From assembly GCA_907165135.1 (NCBI GenBank), contig OU015567.1, positions 2,728,001 through 2,792,000 on the forward strand: 64,000 nt of DNA, given 5' to 3'. Positions 1 through 11,658 of this stretch are shown one piece after another (position 1 is the stretch's first letter; each line of letters begins with the position of its first letter). Source of the stretch: Oikopleura dioica. Its lineage: Eukaryota; Animalia; Chordata. The notes below the pieces were generated by a model. It was given only the letters and a program-made list of their open reading frames with translations, searched no databases and had not been told where the DNA came from. Position numbers and translations under genes: made by a program.

Positions 1-176
1 AAAAAGCGGTGCTGGTAAGCGAGAATATTCTCTTAGTTTTACTTTCAAGTATTGAATATTTTTAATTGATAGAGGATTAATTGGATTTTCCGAATGGATG
101 ATTCTTTTCAAAATTGCAATACTTTGATAATATTAAATGAAAGAAAAAAGACGGCAGTATATAATCGTTTTTGTAG

Positions 177-1508
177 CTCCTGACGTTTGGAAAGTCTGGT
201 GATGACTTTATCGGTGAGATCTTCAATTCGCACGAAGAAGCGTTCTACATCCACGAACCCCTGCATCCGCTCTACAAGCTCGGTTTCAAAAGCAGCTCCG
301 TCATTCCCCGACTCAACCTTCTCGGCAACCAGCTCAGCTGCAACTTCGAGGATCAATACGACCAGCGCCTCTCCTGGGCAAAATACTCGCAAGACATCAC
401 CGCCGACCAAAAACTCGACCAACACGGCAACTTTCCTTTTCGAAGCAAACATCGAAAGCTCTGCGCTCCGCCCTTCTGCCATTTGGATCTTTCCGACGAT
501 TTGAAAAAGTGTGAAAGTGTTTGTCCTCCTGCGAATGTTGAGCAGCTCAAATCAAGCTGCGAGCCCTTGGTTACGGTGGCTAAGGTTATCAGATTTGTGG
601 AAATTGAGAAGATAAAGAGCATGGCCGTGAGGATGAACCTTGACTTGAAGATAATGTTTTTGACCAGAGATCCTCGGGGTATTTTGGAATCAAGGAAGAG
701 TTCAAAAACACTTAAAAATTATAAGTTACAAACCGATTTAGCGAATTTTCATTGAGAAGAAAATATGAAAGCATATTCTTCGATCAATGATTAAAGGTTT
801 TCAAATTAAGGAATCTGCATCGAGCTAACTCTCATAGATTTAGTACCAGAGTTTCGCTCGGCTAGTAAAAATAAAATTCGTTTATGTGTAATTAAAAAGA
901 AATTTATGATTTCTTTTAATTTTTAATCGAAATAAAATTTGAGCTCTTTGAAGACTCACAAAAACAACAGGCAACTTTGGCCCACTAGTCGCTACCGATG
1001 ATAAAATAAATTCGATGGATTTCGTCTGCAAGCACACAGAAAAAATCCTCAGTCAAATTCAAAACGACCCTTGGCTGAGCTCCCGATCGCATATTATCCG
1101 ATATGAAGACTTTGTGATGAATAGAGGAATTGAAACTACACAAATTCTGAGACATTCTGGATTGGGTTCGGACTCGAAGGTCAAGGCTTACATTGATGGG
1201 TTGAATGTTGATCAGAAAAGTGTCAACAGCTGGATGGAAAATTTGCAATCAAGGAAGAGTTCTCGATCACTCATCGACGATGAGCATTGTCATAAAAAAG
1301 CTTTATGGGGTTTTTCTTTTAAAAGATCCCTTTCGATCAATTCTAGAGCTCGTCAAACAGCGCTGTTGCAAAAATCCAGCAAATGTGCGAGTCACCAATG
1401 CGGCGCCTCGGCTACCTGCCCGTCACTTTCCGACCTACCTCGACTGAACTTGGCGGCAACGACAACATTGACTCGTTCAGTTTCGAAGGAAACACCTATC
1501 TTGTCTAA
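177..1508 (+). CDS. Carbohydrate sulfotransferase (CHST, Gal/GlcNAc-6-O-sulfotransferase-like), multi-exon, 5' end not resolved
   Basis: After a TAG acceptor at 174-176 the frame reads LLTFGKSGDDFIGEIFNSHEEAFYIHEPLHPLY (cf. CHST [23 protein letters not shown]). It then gives AKVIRF, the 3'-PB motif FLTRDPRGILESR, IRYEDFV and C-terminal KIQQMCESPMRRLGY, ending at TAA 1506-1508. Confidence 0.85.
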
Positions 1509-1602
1509 GGCTACAACTGTTTGTATTCTTTTATTGCCGAATAATAATAATAATAAACTTCCCTACTACTAAAAGCATGCAATAGAACTTGTTCAATGAA
1601 TC

Positions 1603-3031
1603 TCATGGAAGATTGTTATCTTTTGGCCCTTCTGGAGACTTTTCTGGTTCTTCAGGGATAGTTGTGATTGGTGTTACTGATAGAGTTGTTTCGTAATCAG
1701 GAGCAGGATCTTCAGGAAATTCTAGCGTAAGTAAGTACTGGAAAAAGATAATCATTACCGTTGAAAGATGGCTCGTCGCGCAGTCGTGGGAGGATGTTGA
1801 TAACAGCGCCACCAACAGTTGTTTGGTTATTTGCAGGAGTATTGAGCTGAGATTCCGCCATCGGAGCATTACCAACAGCATTATCTTTCTGGGTACAAAG
1901 CTTGTTTAACTTCACCGCTAGTATCGCAAGTAGAAGAACGCCACCTACGGAGCCGAAAGCTACGATGATATCCCTAAGTATGCTTCGGAATTGTTCATCG
2001 TCCTCCGTATTTTCATCAAGCTGGTCATTAAGCTGATCAAAGTAGGGCATCATTGAATGGAGGCTTTGCATGATAAGAGCCATGTGCTCATCGATTTTGT
2101 CCGCCAATGTTTTATCGCATTCCGGCGACCGCTCTAGGTGGAAATTTCAGTAAATCACATTTTATTCGACACTTACCTGGTGTTTTGCATCCATCCATTG
2201 GGTAGTATGTGAACTGCAAATTTTCGAAATTCTGCCTGTGCATGAAGAACTTCATATACATCTGCTGAAAGTGACCATAATTATTCGAATCATCGTCGTC
2301 GAAAATTGGATGTTCAACCAACTCGTTCTTGCTGCACGACTTATAGGCAAGAAGGCATCCTCCTTTGCTATCCAGATCGAAGCCCTTGCATTTCTCGTCG
2401 CTTTTGCATTCATTGTAGCAGTCATCGACGGATTGAACGATAATTCGCTCTGGGGGATTTTCGTTATTAGCCGAGCACGATCCAAAGTAATGCTCAGTAC
2501 ACATCGTCATTCCTTGAAAAAAATCGTCACTGTGGTAATCTCGTATTGAGGTTTTACCGATACAATCCTCATCTTTCTTTATACACTCAAAATCGTTCGA
2601 TTCCTCATTCGCCTTGACTATTCGATGGCAGAACTCATCTTTGCTGCAGGGATTTTTGCCAAGACATGGATGCGCTGAAAGAACCTAACTCTAGAGATTG
2701 CTTTAGCGTCTCACGATTTCCAGGGCGACATTGGAAAGTACCAGTGTTGTATCGGCAGCAGTTGTAAAGATGCTGTCCTTCTGGTACACATTTTTCGTAT
2801 TCGTTGCATTTGTGCTTTGGGGTAAGATCGGTGCTTTTTTGAAAGCATGGGCTCTCTCGAGAAAAATAGATAAAAGATTCTTAGTTTAGGTTACCTTCGT
2901 ACGCAACAGGGATATCTTTATACCACGACATATCAATCCTCCCTTGAACCAGCGCTAGAAACCATAATGATTTTTCGATACCAAATTATGATACTTACAA
3001 AACTGAATTAAACAAGTAAGTACCAACATCA
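1603..3031 (-). CDS. Type-I membrane protein with two EGF-like domains and a PAN/apple domain, copy A (start approximate)
   Basis: Spliced exons give the signal end FLALVQG, EGF-like PCFQK..HKCNEYEKCV..CC..FQC and PCLGKNPCSKDEFCHRIV..FEC, PAN-type QSVDDCYNECKSDEKCKGFDLDSKGGCLL, TM IIVAFGSVGGVLLLAILAV, and tail PAPDYETTLS..NNLP*. Confidence 0.7.
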
Positions 3032-3267
3032 TTTCTTCTCTCATAATTCTTGTTTTTGAAGCTTCTCCAGATGCCTCTGATTTCGAGGGATTCTTTTTTT
3101 ACGAGCTTGATCTTTCAAAAAAGTCAGATTGCCGTCGGATTCGTTTTCTAGTTGATTCCGGTTCCTCAAGAAACCATGCTACTTTACGAACCGTTTAGAC
3201 AGAGGAATATCCTGTTTTATTACTGAAGGGAAAACTACTTCTCTAGCATGCAGAAAACTTCTTAATT

Positions 3268-4776
3268 TCATGGAAGAATATTTTCTTTTGGCCCCTCTGG
3301 GGACTTTTCCAGCTCTTCTGGGATGCTCGCGATCGGCTCAACAGAAAGAGTTGTGTTGTAATCTGGAGCAGGATCATCGTCGGTGAATTCTTAAAAAATA
3401 ATTTGTTTTCGAATTCGCTGAATAATATACCATTGTAAGGGTGTTCCTCTCGAAGTCGAGGGAGTATATTGATAACAGCGCCGCCGACAGTTGTCTGGTT
3501 GTTGACCTGAGTGTTGCTTTGTTGAGATTCGGGCATGGGTATGTTTCCAACGGTGTTGTCTTTCTCTTGACAGGTCTTGTTGAGCTTCACCGCCAGAATC
3601 GCTAGAAGGAGAATGCCGCTTAGAGTCCCAAAGGCAACGATGATGTCCCTAACTATCATTCGAAAATGCTTGTCGCCATCGCTGTTATTCGATAGTTCTT
3701 CGTTGAGCGTCTCAAAATACGGCATCATTGAATTGATGCTCTGCATGATCGTACCCATGTGCTCATCAACTTTATCCGCCAAAGTTTCATCGCATTCGGG
3801 CGACCGTTCTGGCATACGATTAATTTGTCTTTCGTTGATCGAGCTCTTACCTGGAGTCTTGCATCCTTCCATCGGATAGTAAGTGTATTGTAAGTTTTCA
3901 TACATTTGCCATTGCATGTGCAATTCATACCATCTTTCTTTTCGAGGATCGTTACCAAAATCCATATCGTCTTCATCGTAAATCGGGTGGTCTATCAGCT
4001 CATCTTCGGTGCAACTCTGGAAGGCCAGGAGACATCCTCCCTTACTGTCGAGATCAAAACCCTTGCAATTTTTGTTGTTCTTGCACTTGTTGAAGCAATC
4101 ATCAACGGACTGGACAACGGTTCGTTTAGGAGGGTCCTTGTTGTTGGCAGAGCAGGATCCGAAGTAATGCTTAGTGCACATAGCCATTCCTTAAAAATAT
4201 GAAAAGAAGTTTGGAGAAGAATCTCTCACCGATACATTTATCATCCTTTTTGATACAATTAAAGTCATTGGATTCCTCATTTGCCTTGACAGTCCTTTGG
4301 CAGAACTCGCCATCGTTGCAGGCGTGTTTTCCAAGACAAGGATGCGCTTGTCAAGAAAGTAGTTAGCTAGAGAGAATCTTTTTACTTACGATTTCCTTGA
4401 CGACACTGGAAATAATTCCGGCAACACTTGTATAGATGTTGACCTTCGGGGACGCAATGCTCGTATTCGTGGCAGTTGTGCCCTCCATCATCAAAGCATG
4501 GGCTTTCTTGATGAAAATTAATGAGATTAAAAAATCCTGGCTGACCTTTGTGCGCTATCGGAATATCTTCGTAACTGTATTTTTTTGACTTCGTCTGTCC
4601 GTGATCATCTTTTCCATCTTTATCACCTTTGCCTCCCCTGTCATCTTTGTCTCCTTTACCGCATTTGCCTCCCTTACCGCCTCTTCCGTGAACAGCTGTA
4701 GCTAAAGCAATAGTGAATCAAACTTTTTAATATTATAAAAGTTAGTTACAAAGAAGAACCAAACAAAAACCCGCAT
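3268..4776 (-). CDS. EGF-EGF-PAN-TM protein, copy B (tandem paralog)
   Basis: Same exon order as copy A, with PAN QSVDDCFNKCKNNKNCKGFDLDSKGGCLL, TM IIVAFGTLSGILLLAILAV and tail PAPDYNTTLS..ENILP* (stop 3268-3270). Upstream sequence is also duplicated (about 3105-3130 vs 4855-4880). Confidence 0.7.
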
Positions 4777-5147
4777 TTTCTCTATGACTCGATTTTCTCG
4801 CTCGAAGTTCTTTTCAAGAGTCCTGACCGATTTCAGAAGATTTCATTTTTACGATCTTGATATTTCAAAAATGTCAGATTTCTTGATTTTCTGTCGCCTT
4901 TGGTTTCATCTTTTTTCTGAGCGCTGGGGAAAGATTGTATTGGACAGTTTATTTCACAGAATTTTCAGAAAAAGGGTTGATAAAGAAACAGTTTTAGTAC
5001 TTACAGTATGTCATGATTCATACAGGGATTGTTTTTTGTACAGAGGGAGTTTTCAGTTATGTGTCAGTAAAATTGTTTACTTTTTTTTGTTTTCGCGAGT
5101 GTTTTGTCGTTGATTTTTGTACTTTTCTTTTCAAAAGGGTTGATTTC

Positions 5148-8100
5148 TTAGTTGTTCTTCATGAATCCCATATCTCTCGCTCCCGCCATCTTGTGGTAGC
5201 CATATTCCTGCACGACGACTCCGGATAAAGAATTGCACATGTCGTAGTTGGCTTCGGATTTTTTCATAATTTTAAAATCCCCGCAGCCCTGAAAAGAAAA
5301 AGGTCGATTATGGCCGGAGCTGTCCAAAGAATTAAGAATTGAGAATCGAGAAACGAGGTTTTCGAGGATGTTAAAAAATGACGGCGCCGCGGTCGAGCTA
5401 AATTCGATTCTAGCTCGCCGGCCACGTATTACTAGCGCGCATTTCCGCTGATATTTAAGAATTTTCTAGCGCTAGAATTTCTCTTAAACTCACATTAATC
5501 GCGCAGCAGAATTTCTCGTCCTTGTTAAAGCTCGCTCGTCTGCAGCAGCATCGTTTGTTGGTGTTGTAAGGCATTCCATTGCAGCAGCCGATTTGGTGAA
5601 CCTAAAAATCAGTTTCTTGAAAAAGGCTTTAAAAGTAAAGCTAAAGCACGCCTTTGAGCTGGATCATCCGAGGCGAAGATTATTTTGGGTTGAAGGAGAT
5701 TTTCTTATGAAAATATTTTCCGGGTAGAAACGCGTCTGGTCGAATGAATTTGTTTGTGATTAAAATTATAAAAATAATATTTTTAAAAAGCTTTAATTTT
5801 AATAAGATCAAAATTTCAAATTTTTTTGAACTCAAATCCAATCAGAATCCCTAATTATTGCGAAGATCCAATAAGAAGTCTGCGATTACGCCTACGCTTT
5901 CGAAATTTCTTCCAGTTTACCTCTTCCTTTTCTTCTTTTTCTGGCTTCTCTTCTGGCTCCTCTGGCTCCCAATTCACCCCAACATCAAATTGCATTACTG
6001 ATTCTTCCGGCTCTTCAGCTGGCTCCTTTTTAGCAGCTTTTGGTTTTCCGGGGCACTTTTCGTCCTTGATACTTGATCGAGTGTTTGGCCCGGCGAGGGA
6101 AATGTCGTATTGCGGAGCAGTTTGAACTCCTTGTCGATAGAAAGGAATTCCGTTGTAATCTAAATTTGGATAAAAAATAAATTTTGGAAAATACTGTTTA
6201 GACATACAAACAACGCCGAGTTCAGATAGTGGAACATTCACGTAGTCCGGGAACTGATACTTGGTGTAATTAGACTTGCTTAGACGGGATTAACTGGCTG
6301 GCACGGCTCAAAAACGTTTCAAGACACGCAGCTCAGATTTAACCCTTTCCTGAATGTTTCTTCATATTGTTGGCGCTCCTAAAGTAGATTTTAGGCTTGA
6401 TATTACTACAAAACTCAAGTTCAGGAAATCAGATGGTTCGGTTTTAAATTAAACCAAGTTCTATTAGGCAAGTAAATACTAGGTTGGGTTGATCTAAATC
6501 AGATCAGATTATCGACACAATAGCACCACCTGCCAAAAAAACGTATAAGAATGGAGATCGCGGATTTTGTCCGCTAAAATAAAATGTAATCAAAAACCCC
6601 TTCAAATGCTGGTATAACTTCTCCTGGTATTATTTCTTTTTTTCGACCCTAATTAATTTTTCTACGACTTAAGGGGGAGGTCGTCGAGAAAATTTTTTTC
6701 GCCTTTTCAAAATTTTGATTATATTTTTGGATTCCCCGATAAAAATGGAGTATTTTTGGTCCCTAGCTTTTTCTCATCTTGTTAACTTTTTAATGTAAAA
6801 TTTTCGATTTTAAGTCTCGAATTTGAAGTTTCTTGAAAATTATTAGTTGGTGATTTCGTCCAAAAACTATCTAAAACTGATTATTATGCACTAGGCATTG
6901 TTTTCAAATGATTTCTGACTAATTATTTTTAAAAAATCCGAGTCTTTGTGATTTTTGTAGAAATTTCCATGAAAAAATGGGTAAAAATGACGATTTTGAC
7001 GAAAATCGAATATTTTTAATCAATAAGAAAAAAATTTTTATGAAAGTAACCCTTAATTTTTTGATCGCCGGTTAATATTTAAGGGTCTAAACTATTTATT
7101 AATTATATTTGATGAGGAAAAAAAAACTCGGTTTTTGAGATTTTTTGGTCACGAGACACCCCCACTTCAACCCTAATTTTTGAAAAATTTTTCAAAAAAT
7201 TTTTTTTTCTGCTTTTCGCCGGTTAATTTTTCAAACCCTTTTCTTTCAATCTGAAATGTCAGAATTTTCCTATCTAATCGGGTTTCTCCGCATTTTTGGT
7301 CACGGAAATCCCGATTCTCGTCGACCTCCCCCTTAATCTGTTTCGACTGAAATGATACATAACCATCCTTGAGTTCTCGATATCGAAATATCATATCTTT
7401 TCTAATAAATGCTACATAATGAGTCATTATTGATAAAGAAAAATTTCAAGGAGCTTCATCTTGTTGTCGAATTAGCTTTTCTTAGCTCAAAAAATCTCTT
7501 TCAAAACTTCCTGCTTGTTAATTCTGTTTAAATCCACAAACCACGAAGCAGGTCAACAGAAGTATTGCTCCTTTTAACCCGCCAGCGTGGAAATAAACAA
7601 CGCTCAAACTTGGTGCACATTTAGAAATAGTTTTAAGCCCACTGCGGATTAGCTACGTTTCTTTGTTACGTGTTCAATTTGCGCCAATTTTTGCTTTTGC
7701 GAAATTTGCGAAATTCCAACTATTCTTTACCTCTGCGTCTTGTGGAAAAACGACTTCAGCGGGCTCGATTTTGAGAATATAGACTTTTTGGTAGTCTGGA
7801 TGGCTCGATTTTGAAGCTTCCTGAATTTTACTGGCAAAAGGGCTTTGATTTGTTGTCGCTGATCGCCGGAACTGGTGCCGCGCCTGAATTTCATTTTCAA
7901 GGATTAGGTCATTCATATTGAATTCAATCTTTTACTGTTTTTGTTATAAGGTTTTTCTTAATTTATTTTTTAAATAAAATTTTATTTTTTTTATCAAAAT
8001 TCTTTTCATAAAATTTAATGAAAAAAACTTAATTATCAACCAATAAATAATTAGATTTTTATCTAAATTAGTTTATCTCGTTATTTATTCTCTAAAAACG

Positions 8101-8202
8101 CACCTGTTTATTTCGAATAGCTCTTTCCGTCGAATATACTGTGTATCCGAGAAAGAAAACGGCGAATGCTTTGAAGATTTGTTGAAAAGTAACTTGACCC
8201 AT
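5148..8202 (-). CDS. Putative orphan protein with N-terminal hydrophobic segment and C-terminal Cys-Cys repeats; linkage of all exons uncertain
   Basis: Candidate exon MGQVTFQQIFKAFAVFFLGYTVYST..KQ|GT at 8202-8100, ORF 7674-7916, ORF 5855-6241 (acidic then KFRKRRRNRR), exon IGCCNGMPYNTNKRCCCRRASFNKDEKFCCAIN|GT near 5490-5600, and last exon GCGDF..MKNN* ending 5148. Confidence 0.4.
6673..7332. mobile_element. Non-autonomous DNA element with TTAA TSD and GG termini (Kolobok-like MITE, 660 bp)
   Basis: TTAA (6669-6672)|GGGGGAGGTCGTCGAGAA ... TTCTCGTCGACCTCCCCC|TTAA (7333-7336); 18-bp TIR with one mismatch; no transposase ORF. Confidence 0.8.
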
Positions 8203-9487
8203 AGTGACGTCTCCTCCCTTATTTTTCACTGTCTTCTCTTTTCTTTCTTTTTACTTCTCTGTGAACGTCTGTAGTTGCTCTAAAAATGAGTTGAGTGGAA
8301 TTGATTTCGTGTTCGATGAATGTTTTGAAATAAAGCTGAAGATACTCTGGTCACGTGAGCGGACTTAGAAATGGTTTTTACAACTGTGAAGGGGAAACTC
8401 TTAAGTTTTAAGGGCGTGTACGAGGAGAGGGATCAGCACATTTATTTGATTCGCGGGATTATCTAAATATACCGGACTTATTCTCTCCCCAGGAACTCTT
8501 CTAAAACTAAGGGTATCCACGGACCTATTTCGGAAGGGCTGAAAGGATCAGGCATAAAATTTGGATTTTCAATTAGTTGCCCGCAAGCTTGACAGTTGAA
8601 CATTCGTCAAGATGACGTTTAGAACTGGCCGATCGTGAAAAAATGATTTGAAAGTAATTTAAATAATCGAACGCAGCTTCAAAATTTCTGTCAATTTTTG
8701 CTCGTTATCAATTTTTGTCGATTCTTGCCTCCAAAAGTTCAAGTTCTTTTGTCATTTCTTTTGTCAAGATTGTCAATATCAAAGTGACACCCTTATATTA
8801 AACTTAAGGGGGTACCCCTTTGTTTGTTTAAATCTAACCCTTATCCCCTTATTTTGATAGAAAAGACCTTAAAAGTGATGTTTGGTAAATTAAATGGAGC
8901 TCTAAGTTTATCAAGGTCAGAAGAGAGACATTAATTTGCAGCAGGTTCATTTGGTGGCTTTATCATAATGTTATTTTCTGTTATCAGCAATAAGGAAAAA
9001 CATTTTGGCAAAACGTGTGTTGACGGATGTACATAGCTGTTTCTTATTCGTGTCGTTTTTTCTTTAGATAAGAGAGCAAGGGATGCGTCTTTTTGATAAG
9101 AAAAAGTTCAGCCGATTAAAAAAACGACAAGAGCATTCTTTTTTGATAAAGTAGCCTTATTAAACTGAAATCTTCAGAATTTGAACTTTGCTAAAATTTC
9201 AAATTGTTGTTTTTGTCCCTAGTCTGAAAAATGCATGGGAAATTGCGCACAAATGCGAGAATTTTGAACATTCTAACATTGATCGATCATTTTTCTGGAG
9301 GAAGAAAAAATGCTCAATTTACAAAAAAATTGTGTTTTCCTCAGCCTTCTAAGGATGATCGATCTTTCTTTATGTTCAAAAAGGTTGTTCTCATTAGAAA
9401 TAATTAAGGGGGTACACATCCGTTAATCGATCTAAGTTAAGTTCGTATTGAGAGAATTTAACCTGTGGTTGCCCTAAAAATATGGAA

Positions 9488-9637
9488 AAATAAGGGTGTC
9501 ACTATTCATTGTAGTCTTTTCTTTTTTTAATAAAAAGTCTTATAATAAGAAGAAATTAAATTAAGGGTATACACATTCTTCTGATGATCTATGTTTTGCT
9601 CTTTTTCAAAGAAACTACTATGGTGACACCCTTATTT
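9488..9637. mobile_element. Short MITE-like inverted repeat, AAGGGTGTCAC family
   Basis: AAATAAGGGTGTCAC (9488-9502) is the exact reverse complement of GTGACACCCTTATTT (9623-9637). Confidence 0.5.
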
Positions 9638-11540
9638 ATAGACAAACAACAGAATAAGGGTGTTAGTAACACCGTGTTACTATTATTAATAAATAAAAAT
9701 TATCAGTTTAAAGAACTCCATCAAAAAAAAAGTCTGATTCATCCCACTCAAATGAATAGGTGTGCCCACATACGATAAGTTATTTTGAATTGAACCGGGA
9801 ACAATCATCAAAAAGTCCTTTTATCGAGTTTTCGGATGAGCTGGATTTTTGTTTTTGGTGGACACATGGGACCGATGCTGGGTGCGATAATAATATTTTG
9901 CGTTCTAAAGACCGCCTAAAAGCGCGAAGAAAACAAGAAAAACCCAGATTATCTCATTTTGCGGCTATTTTCCGGCTTCCAAAACTTCAACTTTTCAAAA
10001 AAACTTCAACTTTACGGGCAACACTGTAACCAAAACGCGACGACGATGTTGATATCTTTCGTCAACTAAGATGCTTCTTGCGAAGCTCATTTTAAAAAAA
10101 GAAACCACTGTAAAGTCATAAAAGCTCAATTATTCTTCAGTTAAGAGGAGAGCTGATAAGCTTGGAAAGGTATTCGATAAAGCGTGGCTCGTGGTCGGCC
10201 AAAATTTTTTTAAAGTGGTCTTGACCACATTTGAGCAGGCAATAACCGGTAAGTCACCGCGAAATTTCCAGCGCTTCTACCTCGAAAGCGGATAAAACCG
10301 CCATTGAAAATTGATAACTACTTTTCACCGAAGAAAATTTCTTAACAAAAGATGGTATATTTTTTAAATTTTTAAGAGAATTATAAAGATTTTTATCTTA
10401 TCTATCAAGTTTACGAGCTGTTGTACCACTACCCGTACTAGTAGCTACATCAGGTGATTTTCAAGGAAACAATTTTTCTTAAATGCAAATTCAAGAATCA
10501 AATTCAGCTCTTATGGCTTTTTAATAATAATCTTGATTCGATAGATTACCTCTAGAAAACTGACTATGACAGCAAATGAAGAAAGAAAAAGGTCGTTTTT
10601 GGCTTGCTTCTCTTGATTTATCTTTTGACAAAATTTTCTTCCATCAACTCCGAGTCAGAGCGCGGTTGGGAAAGTGCGATAGGTGGCGCTCTCAAAAGGA
10701 GGAGCGCGACTCATGAGTTGTCACGAATTAATGAATCAATGAATGTGTGTCTGTGATGATTATTTATCATTATAAATATTGAATGGTTGATAAAAGAATC
10801 TAAATAAAACGCAATCATATTTGCAAAATTTCCCATTGACCTCAAATAATAACTCCTTATTGAATTTTATAGAAGGGAGTACAAAAAAATTTATAAGTTA
10901 AGAGTAAGAGTTACGATAAGAAAGCCATTTTTCAATATTCTTCTTTGCGGTACTGCATTTTTGGTAAAATAAGGGTGCTTGCCATTATTTGATTGTCAAA
11001 AAAATCAAAATTGCGTTAATAATTGAAAAAAACGCACGCTTGAATTCAGTCTTCTCCCGGAAACGAAGACATAAACGTGAAATTTTGATGAAAATAAAGC
11101 TCGGGCTCAACCTAGATGACGGTTTATTTTGGTTGTTTATTGATTGACGACATTTATTTTGAACTTGATGAAAACAGATAATAACACCGTCTGATTCAAT
11201 CAGCATCTTTTCGACCAAAAAAGCTTGTCGCATGATCGATACAGTATCTTCAAGAGAAAATCTGTTTTGGACAAGAAAGAAAAATAAAGATTGCAGCGAT
11301 TGAAGGACGCTCAAAGTGCCGAAATCGTCTGAAAACCCTCAAGATCGCCGCCAATTTCGTCAAAAGTGCGCATTTTCATCTTCAAGCACTTGGTTTCAAG
11401 CAAAAAGCTTTTGTATAAAAAATTTCAAAATAACTTAAAATCAGAATTTTTCACCGAAAAAACAATTTTTAAATATTTATCTAAATTATTTTTATTTTAA
11501 ATTTAATGGATTTTGAGATGTCAATCGAATTTTTGAATTA

Positions 11541-11658
11541 AGGGTGTCACCAAGCTATTATTTTTTTTGCTCTATTTATATTTTTTCCAAACAAAATATC
11601 GAAATTATATTTGGAAAAATTAGAAATGAAGCAAAAAATAATAGCTTAGTGACACCCT
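11541..11658. mobile_element. 118-bp hairpin MITE, AGGGTGTCAC family
   Basis: AGGGTGTCACCAAGCTATTATTTTT ... AAAAATAATAGCTTAGTGACACCCT, with further internal pairing (TTTTTCCAAA / TTTGGAAAAA). Confidence 0.65.

Noticed and set aside
6339-6350. piggyBac-like end TTAACCCTTT
   Set aside because: No matching AAAGGGTTAA partner was found in the window.
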